A stretch of DNA of 63,950 nucleotides, filler included, from Octopus bimaculoides (taxonomy: Eukaryota): assembly GCF_001194135.2 (NCBI RefSeq). It is 8 parts of 8 records of this genome, joined end to end, with 100 filler letters (N's around TTAATTAATTAA, not from the genome) between each part and the next. Parts side by side here need not be neighbours in the genome. Positions count along the whole stretch, not along the records: positions 17,259 to 43,106 come from NC_069008.1; 7 more parts are not named here. One strand, written 5' to 3'. Positions 26,225-38,561 of the stretch are shown piece after piece. Position 1 is the first letter of the stretch; the number at the start of each line of letters is the position of its first letter. A program made the position numbers and the translations under genes. A model generated the notes under the pieces. The model saw only the letters and a program-made list of their open reading frames with translations, did no database searches and was not told the DNA's origin.

Positions 26225-26641
26225 ANNNNNNNNNNNNNNNNNNNNNNNNNNNNNNNNNNNNNNNNNNNNNNNNNNNNNNNNNNNNNNNNNNNNNNNNNNN
26301 NNNNNNNNNNNNNNNNNNNNNNNNNNNNNNNNNNNNNNNNNNNNNNNNNNNNNNNNNNNNNNNNNNNNNNNNNNNNNNNNNNNNNNNNNNNNNNNNNNNN
26401 NNNNNNNNNNNNNNNNNNNNNNNNNNNNNNNNNNNNNNNNNNNNNNNNNNNNNNNNNNNNNNNNNNNNNNNNNNNNNNNNNNNNNNNNNNNNNNNNNNNN
26501 NNNNNNNNNNNNNNNNNNNNNNNNNNNNNNNNNNNNNNNNNNNNNNNNNNNNNNNNNNNNNNNNNNNNNNNNNNNNNNNNNNNNNNNNNNNNNNNNNNNN
26601 NNNNNNNNNNNNNNNNNNNNNNNNNNNNNNNNNNNNNNNNN

Positions 26642-26990
26642 TCATCGTTTAATGTCCGCTTTCCATGCTAGCATGGGTTGGACGATTTGACTGAGGACTG
26701 GTGGAACCAGATGGCTACACCAGGCTCCAATCTGGTCTAACAGAGTTTCTACAGCTGGATGCCCTTCCTAACGCCAACCACTCCGAGAGTGTAGTGGGTG
26801 CTTTTACGTGCCACCGGCACGAAGGCCAGTCAGGCGGTACTGGCAACGGCCACGTTCAAAATGGTGTATTTTACGTGCCACCTGCACAGGAGCCAGTCCA
26901 GCGGCACTGGCAACGATCTCGCTCGAATGTCTTTACACGTGCCATCCGGCACAAGTGCCAGGAAGGCGATGCTGGGCACAGGTGCCATGC
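26642..26990 (+). mobile_element. Family E repeat with short internal tandem duplications
   Basis: Same head as 25415. TTTTACGTGCCACC and GGCACTGGCAACG segments are repeated. Confidence 0.75.
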
Positions 26991-27927
26991 ATGGAGAAAC
27001 TTTAAACACATAAACACACTATACGATCATGTAATTAGTATGCGTGCGCGCAACGACCAGATGGTGTTGCGTACTAGTATCGAATGGTCGCCCTTCACCT
27101 TTCATCTTTTCAGGGGATCGATAAAATAAGTAGTTGTATACTGTCAACTTAACGTGACAGTCCCAATAAGGGAATCATACTACTGCTATTTAGCCCTAGG
27201 AAGCTGAACCGCTTACAAGTCGGCCTTGACACATTTCCTATGTCCTTATGTTTATGAGGGGGAGACAAGCACCTCCACCCGGGGTCGATGTAATCGTCTC
27301 ATTCCCACCTCTCCTCCAAGCTGCCCTTGAGGCAAAAAACTTAAAATATTATTATTTTCACAGCTTTAATATAAAGTGGTGAGCTTGCAAAATCGTCAGC
27401 ATGCCTAGTGGGTATTTTGTCCGTCTGTACGTCCTGAGTTCAAATTCTGCCGAGGTCGTGCTTGCCTTCCACCCCCTTCGGGGGTCGATAAATTAATTCC
27501 CAGTGGAGCCGATGTAATTGACTCGTCCCCCTTCACCAAACTTTCAGACCTTGTGTGTAGAGTAGAAAGGATTATCACAGCCTTAATGTAAATCTTTGTC
27601 AACTTACCGTTTTCATATGTAGTCAGCTCGATAAACAACAGGATAATATTGATTCATGTTGTATTCTACAATGAGTTATCAAATACAAACAACTTTGGTT
27701 TCTCTTCGTTTCTACTTCCAGATGGATCCCAGTCGGTTCTCAGTACCTTTTACACCTTTTCTGCTCAAGAGCTACAGAGATAAACCGGACAACAAAAATC
27801 ATCAGTTATTTCCCCTGATTCTTGCAATCCTTCGAAACTTTCGTTTTTACACTTAGCCTTATTTTACCGTTTTTTTTTCTCCCGGTTTTGGATTTGTATT
27901 TTTAATGTGGTTTAGTATTATACAAGT

Positions 27928-28295
27928 GGAGGCGCAATGGCCCAGTAATTAGGGCAGCGGACCCACGGTTTCGATTCCCAGACCGGGCGTTTATTGAGCG
28001 AAAACACCTAAAGCCCCACGAGGCTCCGGCAGGGGATGGTGGCGAATCCTGCTGTACTCTTCCACCACAACTTTCTCTCACTCTTACTTCCTGTTTCTGT
28101 TGTACCTGTAATTCAAAGGGGCCAGCCTTGTCACACTCTCCGTCATGCTGAATCTCCCCGAAAACTACGTTAAGGGTTCACGTGTCTGTGGAGTGCTCAG
28201 CCACTTGCACGTTAATTTCACGAGCAGGCTGTTCCGTTGATCGGATCAACTGGAACCCTCGACGTCGTAAGCGACGGAGTGCCAACAACAACAAC
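27928..28295 (+). mobile_element. tRNA-derived SINE family C, full length with 11-bp TSD
   Basis: GGAGGCGCAATGGCCCAG head and (ACA)n tail. AGTATTATACA is duplicated at 27914-27924 and 28296-28306. Confidence 0.88.
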
Positions 28296-28304
28296 AGTAT
28301 TATA

Positions 28305-28492
28305 CAGTAATCCCTCGACTGACATGGGTTTTACGTTCCAAAACCTCTCACAGAAATAATTAAAATCTAAAAAATTATAAATACCTATCGGCTGCAGAAA
28401 CCTGCGATATAATTTTACGCATATTAGCCAGAAAAATCTGCAACGTACTTGGTGTGCAAAAGGTGAACCTCGATATGGCGAAGGATTACTTG
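28305..28492. mobile_element. Internally deleted copy of the pogo/Tigger-like MITE
   Basis: CAGTAATCCCTCGAC start, and CACAGAAATAATTAAAATCTAAAAAA shared with 8254 onward. Confidence 0.7.
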
Positions 28493-28639
28493 CATATGTA
28501 TCATACATGGGCGAGGGTAAAGCGCGTGCACACCACCCATTTCTGGTGTTTTTTATTTTATTATTTTCCAATTCTTTTTCTTTTCTGATGTCTTTGTTTT
28601 TGAGTTTCTTGAGGACAATACCCGAATCACTGATGGCGG

Positions 28640-29390
28640 CTCCTGGGTGGATGTTGTTTACCTTGACTTTGCTAAAGCTTTTAATTCTGTGCCACACAAA
28701 AGACTTATGGTGAAACTCTCTGTGATGGGTGTAAGAGATGATCTCTAGAACTGGTTGAAGTCCTTCCTTATCGGCTGTAAAGAGGTTGTCACAGTTCTAG
28801 GACAGCACTCTTCACCCTATGAGATGACATCTGGTGTACCACAGGGATCTGTTCTAGGCCCCCTTTTATTTGTTGCATATATTAACGCCATAGATGCCAA
28901 CTTAAAAGGACAGATCCTGTACACTATAGATCTTTATTGCAATCAGACCTGGACACGATCCAGTAATGGATCATGGACTGGCAACTCAAGCTGGCTGTGG
29001 ACAAATATACCACCATGCATTTTGGGAGGAAAATCCCAGCATCTACTTACTCCCTCCACCAACACTAATCTCAAAAACTCTTCTTGTGAACATGACCTGG
29101 GCATTATTATCGACAGCGATTTGCGTTGGACAAAACACATTGCTAAAATTACCAAGAAGGTTGAGGGTGTCTTGGCATCACTTACCGAATCCTTTGTGAG
29201 CCGCTCTCCGGCTATCTATCTGAGGCTTTATATAGCTATGGTGCGGCCTCACCTGGAATTTGCGTCTCCAGTCTGGAACCCCCATCTTGCCCAGGATATT
29301 AATCGTCTGGAAACCGTTCAGTGACATGCAACCAAGAGAATACCCTCCATCAGGCATTTGCCATATTCTGAACACCTTACTTCCTTAGTG
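28640..29390 (+). mobile_element. CR1/L2-type LINE reverse transcriptase fragment (pseudogene)
   Basis: DVVYLDFAKAFNSVPH, SGVPQGSVLGPLLF, EHDLGIII and VRPHLEFASPVWNPH motifs. It has stops, and the YADD region is lost. Confidence 0.9.
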
Positions 29391-31611
29391 GTCTATTGGG
29401 TGGGGAAGAAAAGGAATTTTTCTAATTGAAGTAGTCAGTTTTTAATTGAAAAACCAGATGCTATTTTTAACTTTCTTCAGTAAAAATTAAAAATNNNNNN
29501 NNNNCGGCCTCACCTGGAATTTGCGTCTCCAGTCTGGAACCCCCATCTTGCCCAGGATATTAATCGTCTGGAAACCGTTCAGTGACATGCAACCAAGAGA
29601 ATACCCTCCATCAGGCATTTGCCATATTCTGAACACCTTACTTCCTTAGTGGTCTATTGGGTGGGGAAGAAAAGGAATTTTTCTAATTGAAGTAGTCAGT
29701 TTTTAATTGAAAAACCAGATGCTATTTTTAACTTTCTTCAGTAAAAATTAAAAATCCATTTCCAGGTTTTGTTTTTTATTATGTATTCATGAAAGAATGG
29801 TTGCATGAATGTGGTCAACTTTGAAATCCTAGACGTTTTTGAAAGTGATTTTTTAGTACACTATACACAGCAATCATATGTATATGTGTAAACACACACA
29901 TGCATCTATATACTACATTTTCATATTTATGTACACTCCAATTAGATTGGAGCCTGGTGTTGCCATCTGGTTTCACCAGTCCTCAGTCAAATCGTCCAAC
30001 CCATGCTAGCATGGAAAGCGGACGTTAAACAATGATGATGATGATGATACACACATATATTAGAACACATGATTTAAAAAAAAAATATAATTAAAGATTC
30101 ATCTCTGAGAGACAAACATAGACACATATACATACACTTATATATATATATACTCAGTGTTGGTTATGAGTTTTGCTTAGGTTAACTGTGGTTGGTTCAT
30201 CTTGATGTAGCTGTGTGTTGGTTATGCATGAACTGGTCTAGTCTGTGTGCCTGGAGTGACAGAAGATAAATGAATGACAAGAAGAACCAGGTAAATTCGA
30301 TGTGACTTATTTATTACAACCCTTTATAAATATACATGGCAAATGTCTTACATATTTTGCAAGTTTTATCTAACTATATCTGCAACAGTGGAAGTTGTAT
30401 CATAGTTGAAATTCTGTAGCATGTTCATGGCTTGGTTCTGTGTGTTGGGCAGCACTGGTTGTTGTGATATAATCTCTCTCCCCCTCCTCCTCTCTGCCCA
30501 AATATGTGGGGGACTGTTCCTTATATAATGACAGTTGCTCAGAAAGAGAATTTTTCTGCTTGGAATAAAAACAGTTGCTCAAACACCGATTGGCTAGTTA
30601 AGACCATTTGATCTTTGCAACAGATTTAGTCCAACCCTAATCACATGACCAATGTTGACAATCTCGAAATACACACATCATCATCACCTAATGTTTCCTG
30701 TCTATGCTGTCATGGATTGACAAACTGGAAGGCTCAACCAGACTCTCGGCTGATTTGGCAAGTTTTCTATGGCTGCATGCCCTTCACATGAACCATTCTG
30801 AGAGTGTAATGGGTGCCAGTTACGTGACACCACCAGGATTGCCATTTGCATGAAACCAGTACCAACTTCCTATATATATAAATGATGGGTTTCTTTCAGT
30901 TTCTCTCTAACAGACCCACTTACAAGGGTTTGTTTGGCCTAGGGTTATAGTAGAAAAGACTTGCCCAAGGCGCCATGCAGAGGGACTGAACCCAAAACCA
31001 TGTGATTTGGATTTAAGCTTCTTACCACACAGCCACACAAATTGATTTTAACTAAATTCATGCAAAACAAATTCAAAATTTGGAGGAAATTGTCTTTATT
31101 CCAAAAGTATCCCACAGGTAAGTTACCTTAGACGTGGTGACATAAACTATAGAGTTGGGAGGCTGTTATCACACAGTTCTATCGCCATTCCTGTGTGAAT
31201 ACATTTATAATTAGAGAGAGTGTCCCTTATTTGTTTTCTGTTTTTGGCAAAGAAGGAACTTTGACAATTACAATCCCTGGATGAGTAGCTTGGTTATTTC
31301 CAAGCAGAATGCCTGCAATACTACCACCATTTTAGGAGGAGGTCAAAATGCTTATTCTTCTCATGAATTGTCACAGTGCATCTCTTTTCAAATTCACTCA
31401 AGCAGAACATTTTCCCTTGACAGTCTCACTTTTCCACTTTTCATCTTTTTTTAAGTGTATCATGGATTATTTTACTGATTACAGAATAAACTAAAACAGA
31501 GTCTTTGGTCAATTCATGTACATATTGTCAATTTAATTTATCATTTATGTATCATATCTATATGCACAATACATGCTCTAGCAGAAACCCCGCCTCTGGG
31601 CAGTTTTTCTG

Positions 31612-33345
31612 CTAGTCACAATAATTTGGTGTCTCTCCTGTATGAATACGTTTATGAGTAATTAGGTTACTACTGGCAGAGAAAGATTTGTTGCAGATAT
31701 CACAGTGATATGGCTTCTCTCCTGTATGAATACGTTTGTGTACAATCAAGGAAGTACTTGCAGAAAACAATTTACCACAGACATCACAATGATATGGCCT
31801 CTCTCCAGTATGGAAACGTTTATGAGCAGCTAAGTTGCTACTTTGAGAGAATGATTTACCACAGATGTTACAAGAAAATGGTGTATCTCCTGTATGGATA
31901 TGCTTGTGACTAGTTAAGGCACTACTCTGAAAAAATGATATACCACAGATATCACAGTGATATGGTTTCTCTCCTGTATGAGTACGTATATGAGTAATTA
32001 GGTTACTACTGATAGAGAAAGATTTGTTACAGACATTACAGTGATATGGTTTCTCCCCTGTATGAATACGTTTATGATTAGTTAAAGACGTGTTTGCAGA
32101 GAATGATTTACCACAGACGTCGCAGTGATATGGCTTCTCGCCTGTATGGAAACGTTTGTGAGAAGTTAAGCTGCCACTGCGAGAGAATGATTTACCACAG
32201 ACATCACAATAATATGGTGTCTCTCCTGTATGAATAAGCTTGTGACTAGTTAAAGCACTACACTGAGTAAACGATAGACCACAGATATCACAGTGATATG
32301 GCTTCTCCCCTGTATGAAGACGTTTATGAGTAGTTAGGTTGCTACTGATAGAGAAAGATTTGTTACAGATGTCACATTGATATGGCTTCTCTCCTGTATG
32401 AATACGTTTATGATTAGTTAAAGCAGAGCTGCGAGGGAAAGATTTACCACAGATATTACAGGAATATGGTTTCTCCCCTGTATGAGTACATTTGTGAGAA
32501 TTTAAAGCACTTTGGTCACAGAATGATCTACTACAGATGTTACACTGATATGGCCTCTCTCCTGTGCAAACATATTTGTGACGATTTAAATCACTTTGGT
32601 TAGACTTCTCTCCTGTGTGAGTACGTATATGAATAGTTAGGTTACTGCTGACAGAAAAAGATTTATCACAGCTATCACAGTGATATGGCTTCTCTCCTGT
32701 ATGAATACGTTTATGTACAATCAAGGAAGTACTTGCAGAGAACAATTTACCACAGATATCACAGTGATATGGCTTCTCTCTGGTATGGAAACGTTTGTGA
32801 GAAGCTAAGTTGCCACTTCGAGAGAATGATTTACCACAGATATCACAATAATATGGTGTCTCTCCTGTATGAATATACTTGTGACTAGTTAAAGTACTAC
32901 TCTGAGAAAATGATTTACCACAGATGTCACAGTGATATGGCTTCTCTCCTGTATGAATTAGTTTATGACGAGTTAAAGCACTGCTACATGGGAATGATTT
33001 TCCACAGATATTACAGGAATATGGCTTCTCCCCTGTGTGAATACGTTTGTGACGAGTTAAAGCACTTGGGTCAGAGAATGATTTACCACAGATGTCACAG
33101 TGATGTGGTTTCTCTCCTGTATGACTATGTTGGTGTGTAGTCAAGTTAATTTTTTGAGAGAATGATTTACCACAGATATCACAGTGAAATGGCTTCTCCC
33201 CTGTATGAATACGTTTGTGCATATTCAAGTAACCCTTTCGAGAGAAAGACTTTTTACAGACATCACAGTCATATGACAATTTTTGTTCCCCTTTTTCTTT
33301 ATCTTCTGGAAAAGTCAGATCTTTTAGTTTCTCACTCTTTTCCAT
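31612..33345 (-). CDS. C2H2 zinc-finger array protein ZNF2 (19 complete fingers, 1 internally deleted, ends mid-finger; 577 aa)
   Basis: Intact 1734-bp ORF with TGEKP/TGETP linkers. Confidence 0.93.
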   Translation of the reverse strand: MEKSEKLKDLTFPEDKEKGEQKLSYDCDVCKKSFSRKGYLNMHKRIHTGEKPFHCDICGKSFSQKINLTTHQHSHTGEKPHHCDICGKSFSDPSALTRHKRIHTGEKPYSCNICGKSFPCSSALTRHKLIHTGEKPYHCDICGKSFSQSSTLTSHKYIHTGETPYYCDICGKSFSRSGNLASHKRFHTREKPYHCDICGKLFSASTSLIVHKRIHTGEKPYHCDSCDKSFSVSSNLTIHIRTHTGEKSNQSDLNRHKYVCTGERPYQCNICSRSFCDQSALNSHKCTHTGEKPYSCNICGKSFPRSSALTNHKRIHTGEKPYQCDICNKSFSISSNLTTHKRLHTGEKPYHCDICGLSFTQCSALTSHKLIHTGETPYYCDVCGKSFSRSGSLTSHKRFHTGEKPYHCDVCGKSFSANTSLTNHKRIHTGEKPYHCNVCNKSFSISSNLITHIRTHTGEKPYHCDICGISFFQSSALTSHKHIHTGDTPFSCNICGKSFSQSSNLAAHKRFHTGERPYHCDVCGKLFSASTSLIVHKRIHTGEKPYHCDICNKSFSASSNLITHKRIHTGETPNYCD

Positions 33346-33675
33346 TAGTTTTCTAAAATCCCAATATATATATATTTTCTTCTTTTTGCTTCTGTAGTCT
33401 TTTGTTTACAAATATTTTGACTGCTGTATTTCTGTCCAGTGTTACCTTTGTCTAAAAACTCTGCAGTAAATTTATCCAAGTTTAATTTGCAACCAGACAG
33501 TGATGTCTAGAAAGTTTGCTAATAACAAATTTCAGAGTAAATATATCAGAGGAATTCTACCATAGACTTATAGAAACAATCTTATATATCTGCTCTGTAC
33601 AATATTTTCAATTTGGTCTTTAAAAGATGATAAATAATGAGAATGTATCTTGTTATTCCAATGTCATCTGATATT

Positions 33676-33695
33676 CTGAAATAATAAAGAAACAA
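33676..33695 (-). promoter_or_regulatory. Putative 3' splice acceptor of the ZNF2 main exon
   Basis: Minus strand TTTCTTTATTATTTCAG|AATATCAGATGACATT. Confidence 0.7.
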
Positions 33696-34414
33696 CAGTG
33701 TAACATATAGAGGCTACTTAAAATATACAGAGTAAACATTTCCATAGAGGTAAATTCTAGAAATAAGCATTTACCTGAACAACAGAACTTTTCAATTTAT
33801 TAAAAATAACAGCTAAATAGCCCTTAAATCACGTGTCANNNNNNNNNNNNNNNNNNNNNNNNNNNNNNNNNNNNNNNNNNNNNNNNNNNNNNNNNNNNNN
33901 NNNNNNNNNNNNNNNNNNNNNNNNNNNNNNNNNNNNNNNNNNNNNNNNNNNNNNNNNNNNNNNNNNNNNNNNNNNNNNNNNNNNNNNNNNNNNNNNNNNN
34001 NNNNNNNNNNNNNNNNNNNNNNNNNNNNNNNNNNNNNNNNNNNNNNNNNNNNNNNNNNNNNNNNNNNNNNNNNNNNNNNNNNNNNNNNNNNNNNNNNNNN
34101 NNNNNNNNNNNNNNNNNNNNNNNNNNNNNNNNNNNNNNNNNNNNNNNNNNNNNNNNNNNNNNNNNNNNNNNNNNNNNNNNNNNNNNNNNNNNNNNNNNNN
34201 NNNNNNNNNNNNNNNNNNNNNNNNNNNNNNNNNNNNNNNNNNNNNNNNNNNNNNNNNNNNNNNNNNNNNNNNNNNNNNNNNNNNNNNNNNNNNNNNNNNN
34301 NNNNNNNNNNNNNNNNNNNNNNNNNNNNNNNNNNNNNNNNNNNNNNNNNNNNNNNNNNNNNNNNNNNNNNNNNNNNNNNNNNNNNNNNNNNNNNNNNNNN
34401 NNNNNNNNNNNNNA

Positions 34415-34655
34415 CACTCGCGCATCCGCTGTAGCGAGTCGTGACTAGTCGATCCTGCGACTACCTAGCGCGTGTGCTCGTCATGCGCAGAAATAGATGT
34501 GACACCAAAATACACCCTGGAAGAACGTAAAACGACGTTTTTAAGAGTAAGATGGAGAAGATTCAACAACAAAAAAAAAAAGTTATTTACTTTGTGTTTT
34601 ATTTAATTTGTTTAGGATCGACTAGTCACGACTCGCTAGCGCGGATACGCGAGTG
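34415..34655. promoter_or_regulatory. Inverted pair of a 42-bp CpG-rich motif (candidate promoter/first-exon element, or MITE TIRs)
   Basis: 34415-34456 and 34614-34655 are reverse complements at 39/42. A third copy lies at 39859-39900. Confidence 0.55.
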
Positions 34656-35671
34656 CGCGCACCGGGTCCACTCTTCTTGAATAGTACCCACTTTTTTTAA
34701 CAGATTCCCTCGTAAACGTAATTTACGTCATCCGGAATATATTTGCAGCAAATTTCATGGAAGATTATGAGGAAATAAACTCTGAGACAGAATGGAAACA
34801 TATCTGAAGTTGGTGGGTCTGGAACAATGAGATTTTAGGATCGATTACAAAAAGTACATCAGTTAACTAAAACACACAACAAACTAACGTGGAAACGATG
34901 GATCGTGTAGAAGGTAGCCTCCATAGCTAGAAATAGCAGCCAAATGTCGAACAAAACAAAGGACATCTGAGACAGAAAGTATTAAAAGATTAAATGCTTT
35001 CGTTGTATAATACTTACGGAATTGTTCTTATAATGGATAGTGTTGTTGTTAGAAGTGCGTCGGGTGGTGGAGAAATCTATTATAATTGTGTTTGGGAGTT
35101 AAGAAATGAACAAGACACGTTTGTCAAGATGTAATGAATGGAGGCGGAAGTGCGTTTAGTGCGCATGCGTATTAAATATTGGTTTCAAATTTTGGCACAA
35201 GGCCAGCAATTTCGGGGGGAGTGGGGATAAGTCGATTACGTGGAAAAAAATACGCTTCAGATGGTGTAGAATAGAAGACACCATATGACAATATGGCCTG
35301 CCAGCCCCTGATTTTACACACACACTGACAAATATACCAACAGTATCTTTTCTTCATTCAAGAAATATAATGCAACATAGATGAATATTACAAAAGAAGA
35401 ATTTTTATTAAAAATACAACAATGGTAGATATTGATGTGGTTACATAAAATATAACGTTAACAGGTTGTTATAACACACTGATATCTTCTTTCCTGATAG
35501 GATATATTTGTTGTTACATGCGACATTTTTAATTCCACAAATCACTTCAGACATTGATGCAGTTACTCTTCTGTATGAATGTGTTTGTGTCAGTGGTCTA
35601 TTTAAGAGAAGCATTCACTACAGATATTACAGTAATGTGGTTTCTCTTCTGTGTGAAGGTTCGTGTATGTG

Positions 35672-35833
35672 CACTAGCATAGCTAGAGTGTGTGTCGCCC
35701 GGGTTTGCCACTCTCGGACCCCACAAAAAACATTGCCTACAGCAGAGCCCTCGAAAGTGGTGTCCCTTTAAAAGTGCCGCCTGGGGCTGGGGCAGACTGT
35801 ATCTACCGCCCCCTCCCCCTAGCTACACTAGTG
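35672..35833. mobile_element. 162-bp MITE inside a fossil finger
   Basis: Ends CACTAGCATAGCTAG and CTAGCTACACTAGTG are 15-bp TIRs matching at 13/15, with a GC-rich interior. Confidence 0.65.
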
Positions 35834-35950
35834 TACTTGTAGTTAAGTGATTTGTTTGAGAGAAACATTCACTACAGATTTTGCAGTGATGTGTTTTCTC
35901 ATTTCTATGGTGTGTGTGTGGTTAAGTGATGTGGTTGACAGAATGATTTA

Positions 35951-36578
35951 AGTCTTTAGCATTTAAACTGGCCACATCTGGCCTGAATATTCTACCCATT
36001 TTATGTTCAGACCAGAAATCTGGGTTGCCATATGTCCCATACAAAGACATTCCAAAAAAAAAAATAAACAATCACATCATTAATATCTTCAAGCTAAAAG
36101 ATAATGAACAACAACAGGAAACAGGAGTGGTTGTGTGGTAAGTAGCTTGCTTACCAACCACATGTTCCGGGTTCAGTCCCACTGTGTGGTACCTTGGGCA
36201 AGTGTCTTCTACTATAGCCTTGGGCCGACCAAAGCACTGTCAGTGGATTTGGTAGACGGAAACTGAAAGAAGCCCATCGTATATATGTATATATATATAT
36301 ATGTTTGTGTGTCCGTGTTTGTCACCCCAACATCGCTTGACAACCGATGCTGGTGTGTTTACATCCCCGTAACTTAGCGGTTCGGCAAAAGAGACCGATA
36401 GAATAAGTACCAGGCTTCCAAAGTATAAGTCCTAGGGTCGATTTGCTCGACTAAAGGTGGTGCTCCAGCATGGCCGCAGTCAAATGACTGAAACAAGTAG
36501 AAGAGTAACAGATTTAAAACAATGTGAATAAAAAAAAGCATTACATTCAACAAAGTAATCTCAGTGCTAACGAGCTAA
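35951..36578. mobile_element. piggyBac-like MITE (degenerate TTAA ends) with a nested SINE
   Basis: TTAAGTCTTTAGCATTTAAAC at the left end and GTGCTAACGAGCTAA at the right end. Zinc-finger DNA resumes on both sides. Confidence 0.5.
36123..36510 (+). mobile_element. SINE family A, full length
   Basis: AGGAGTGGTTGTGTGG head through GACTGAAACAAGTAGAAGAG tail. Confidence 0.9.
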
Positions 36579-36842
36579 CCATACAGATGTCAGTGATAGA
36601 GTTTCTCCTCTGTATAAATATTTCTGTGTATCATCATTCAACATCCGTTTTCCATGAGTTGCAGGTTTGACAGGGGCTAGCTAGGCAGATTGCATCAGGC
36701 TTTACTGTCTGTTTTGGAAGGGTCTTCACGGTTGGATGCTCTTCCTAACATCAAGCACCCAACAAAGAGGACTGAGGGCTTTTCTTTGTGGTACCAGCTG
36801 TATAAAGATGTTTATGCATAGTTCAGGTACCTGCATCATAAA

Positions 36843-37179
36843 AACGTAAAGACCCCCCTTCGGTCATGAATGACCATGGGATTACACCAAGAAAGTTCCC
36901 CTCTATGAGGCACAAATCTGGGCAAGTTTCTTAATAGGAGACCAGCAGTCACCCACGTATACCAGCCTCTCCTATCCATGCCACTGACATTATCCAAAGG
37001 CTGATATAGCTTGGCACCAGTGACGTCACAACTCATTTCTACAGCAGAGTGAACTGGAGTAACGTAAAATAAAGTGTCTTGCTCAAGAACACAACACACA
37101 ATCTGGTCTGGGGAATCAAACTCACTACTTCATGATTGTCAGCCGAATGCTCTAACCATTGAGCCATGCGCCTTCACAC
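36843..37179 (-). mobile_element. SINE family D inserted just past the ZNF3 stop
   Basis: The minus-strand head GTGTGAAGGCGCATGGCTCAATGGTTAG lies at 37179 and below. Confidence 0.8.
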
Positions 37180-37194
37180 ATCATAGTGATATTG

Positions 37195-38214
37195 TTACTC
37201 TCTTTCATGGATATATACATGTATAGTCAGGTTATCACTTTGAGAGAATGACTGGTCAGAGATACTACACTGGAGTTGCTTCTCTCCTGAATGAATATTT
37301 TTATGTGTAGTTAAGTTACCTTTATGAGAAAAAGATTTATTGCAGATATCACACTGATATGGTTTTTCTCCTGTATGAATCCGTTTGTGTGTAGTCAAGA
37401 TACCATTCTGAGAGAATGATTTGCCACAGACATCACAGTGATATGGCTTCTCTCCTGTATGAATGGATTTGTGTCTAATTAAGTGGCTTCCTACAGAGAA
37501 AGATTTCCCACAGATATTGCACACATACGGTTTCTCACCTGTATGAATGTGTTTGTGTTCAGCAAGGCTATTTCTTTGAGAGAATGATTTACCACAGATA
37601 TCACAGAGAAACGGTTTCTCTCCTGTATGAAGATGCTTGTGATTTATCAAGCTTTCTTTCTGAGAGAATGATTTACTACAGATATCACAAGGGTACGGCC
37701 TCTCACCTGTATGGATACGTTTGTGTGTAGCTAAGTTGCCACGTCCAGAAAATGATTTATCACAGATGTCACAGTGATATGGTTTCTCTCCTGTATGAAT
37801 GCGTTTGTGAATGGTTAAGCCACCTGTCTCAGAAAATGACTTATCACAGACATCGCAGCTGTAGGGTTTCCTTCCTGTGTGAATTCTTTTGTGTATTGTT
37901 AAGCTACTTTTTTGTGAGAATGATTTACCACAGACATCGCAGTGATACGGTTTCTCTCCTGTGTGAATGTATCTGTGAATATTGAAGTTACCCTTCTGAG
38001 AGAATGATTTACCACAAATATCACAGTGATATGGTTTTTGTCCGGCATGAATCTGTCTGTGAATATTCAGATTACCTTTTTGAGAGAATGACTTTCTACA
38101 GATATCACAATGGTAAAATGAATTGCCTGAATCTTTTGACAATTCCCCAAGAAACTCATTCTTTTCAAACTGCGATTCACATTTTACACTGACTTCAGAG
38201 AATTCCTTCTCCAT
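37195..38214 (-). CDS. C2H2 zinc-finger array protein ZNF3 (10 canonical fingers plus 1 degenerate; 339 aa)
   Basis: Intact ORF. The last finger has CSIS in place of CxxC. Confidence 0.92.
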   Translation of the reverse strand: MEKEFSEVSVKCESQFEKNEFLGELSKDSGNSFYHCDICRKSFSQKGNLNIHRQIHAGQKPYHCDICGKSFSQKGNFNIHRYIHTGEKPYHCDVCGKSFSQKSSLTIHKRIHTGRKPYSCDVCDKSFSETGGLTIHKRIHTGEKPYHCDICDKSFSGRGNLATHKRIHTGERPYPCDICSKSFSQKESLINHKHLHTGEKPFLCDICGKSFSQRNSLAEHKHIHTGEKPYVCNICGKSFSVGSHLIRHKSIHTGEKPYHCDVCGKSFSQNGILTTHKRIHTGEKPYQCDICNKSFSHKGNLTTHKNIHSGEKQLQCSISDQSFSQSDNLTIHVYIHERE

Positions 38215-38561
38215 AACTTTTCTTCACTCTAACTGAAATATTCGGTTAATTTTCTTTAAGTTCTTATATTTTATTCCTCACAAATATTCATTCTGTTGTA
38301 TTTCTTTATCAATTGTGATCTTTGTCAAAATCTGAAGGTCCTGCAAACTTCTTTGTAATCCAAGTTCAATCAGAATACAGATTCCAAACAGTGCAGCAGA
38401 GAAATTTTGTTAACAATCGTAGCCAAAAGAATTCACAGTAATTCTTACACAGATTTGTATAAACAAGGATTATAACTTCTCTGTATAACAGTTTCCTTTA
38501 ATTTTGGTAAATGATAAATCCAAGGTTAAAATATTCTGGAATTCCTATGTCATCTGGCATT

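Larger units (their letters stand above)
35500..36630 (-). pseudogene. Fossil C2H2 fingers continuing the ZNF3 array, split by insertions
   Basis: Minus frames give HTEEKPHYCNICSECFS*IDH*HKHIHTEE, HRNEKTHHCKICSECFSQTNHLTT and KSFCQPHHLTTH. AGAATGATTTA|CCATACAGATGTCA rejoins across the 35951-36578 insertion. Confidence 0.75.

Noticed and set aside
29244-29755. 251-bp exact tandem duplication
   Set aside because: The identical copies flank a 10-N gap, the signature of an unmerged contig overlap.
31170-31225. TLSNYKCIHTG on the minus strand below ZNF2
   Set aside because: It could be a finger remnant, but it is too short and isolated to support.
33775-33838. Donor-like CAG|GTAAAT about 100 bp above the ZNF2 acceptor as the source of the upstream peptide
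   Set aside because: The required phase has a TGA stop six codons upstream and no ATG.
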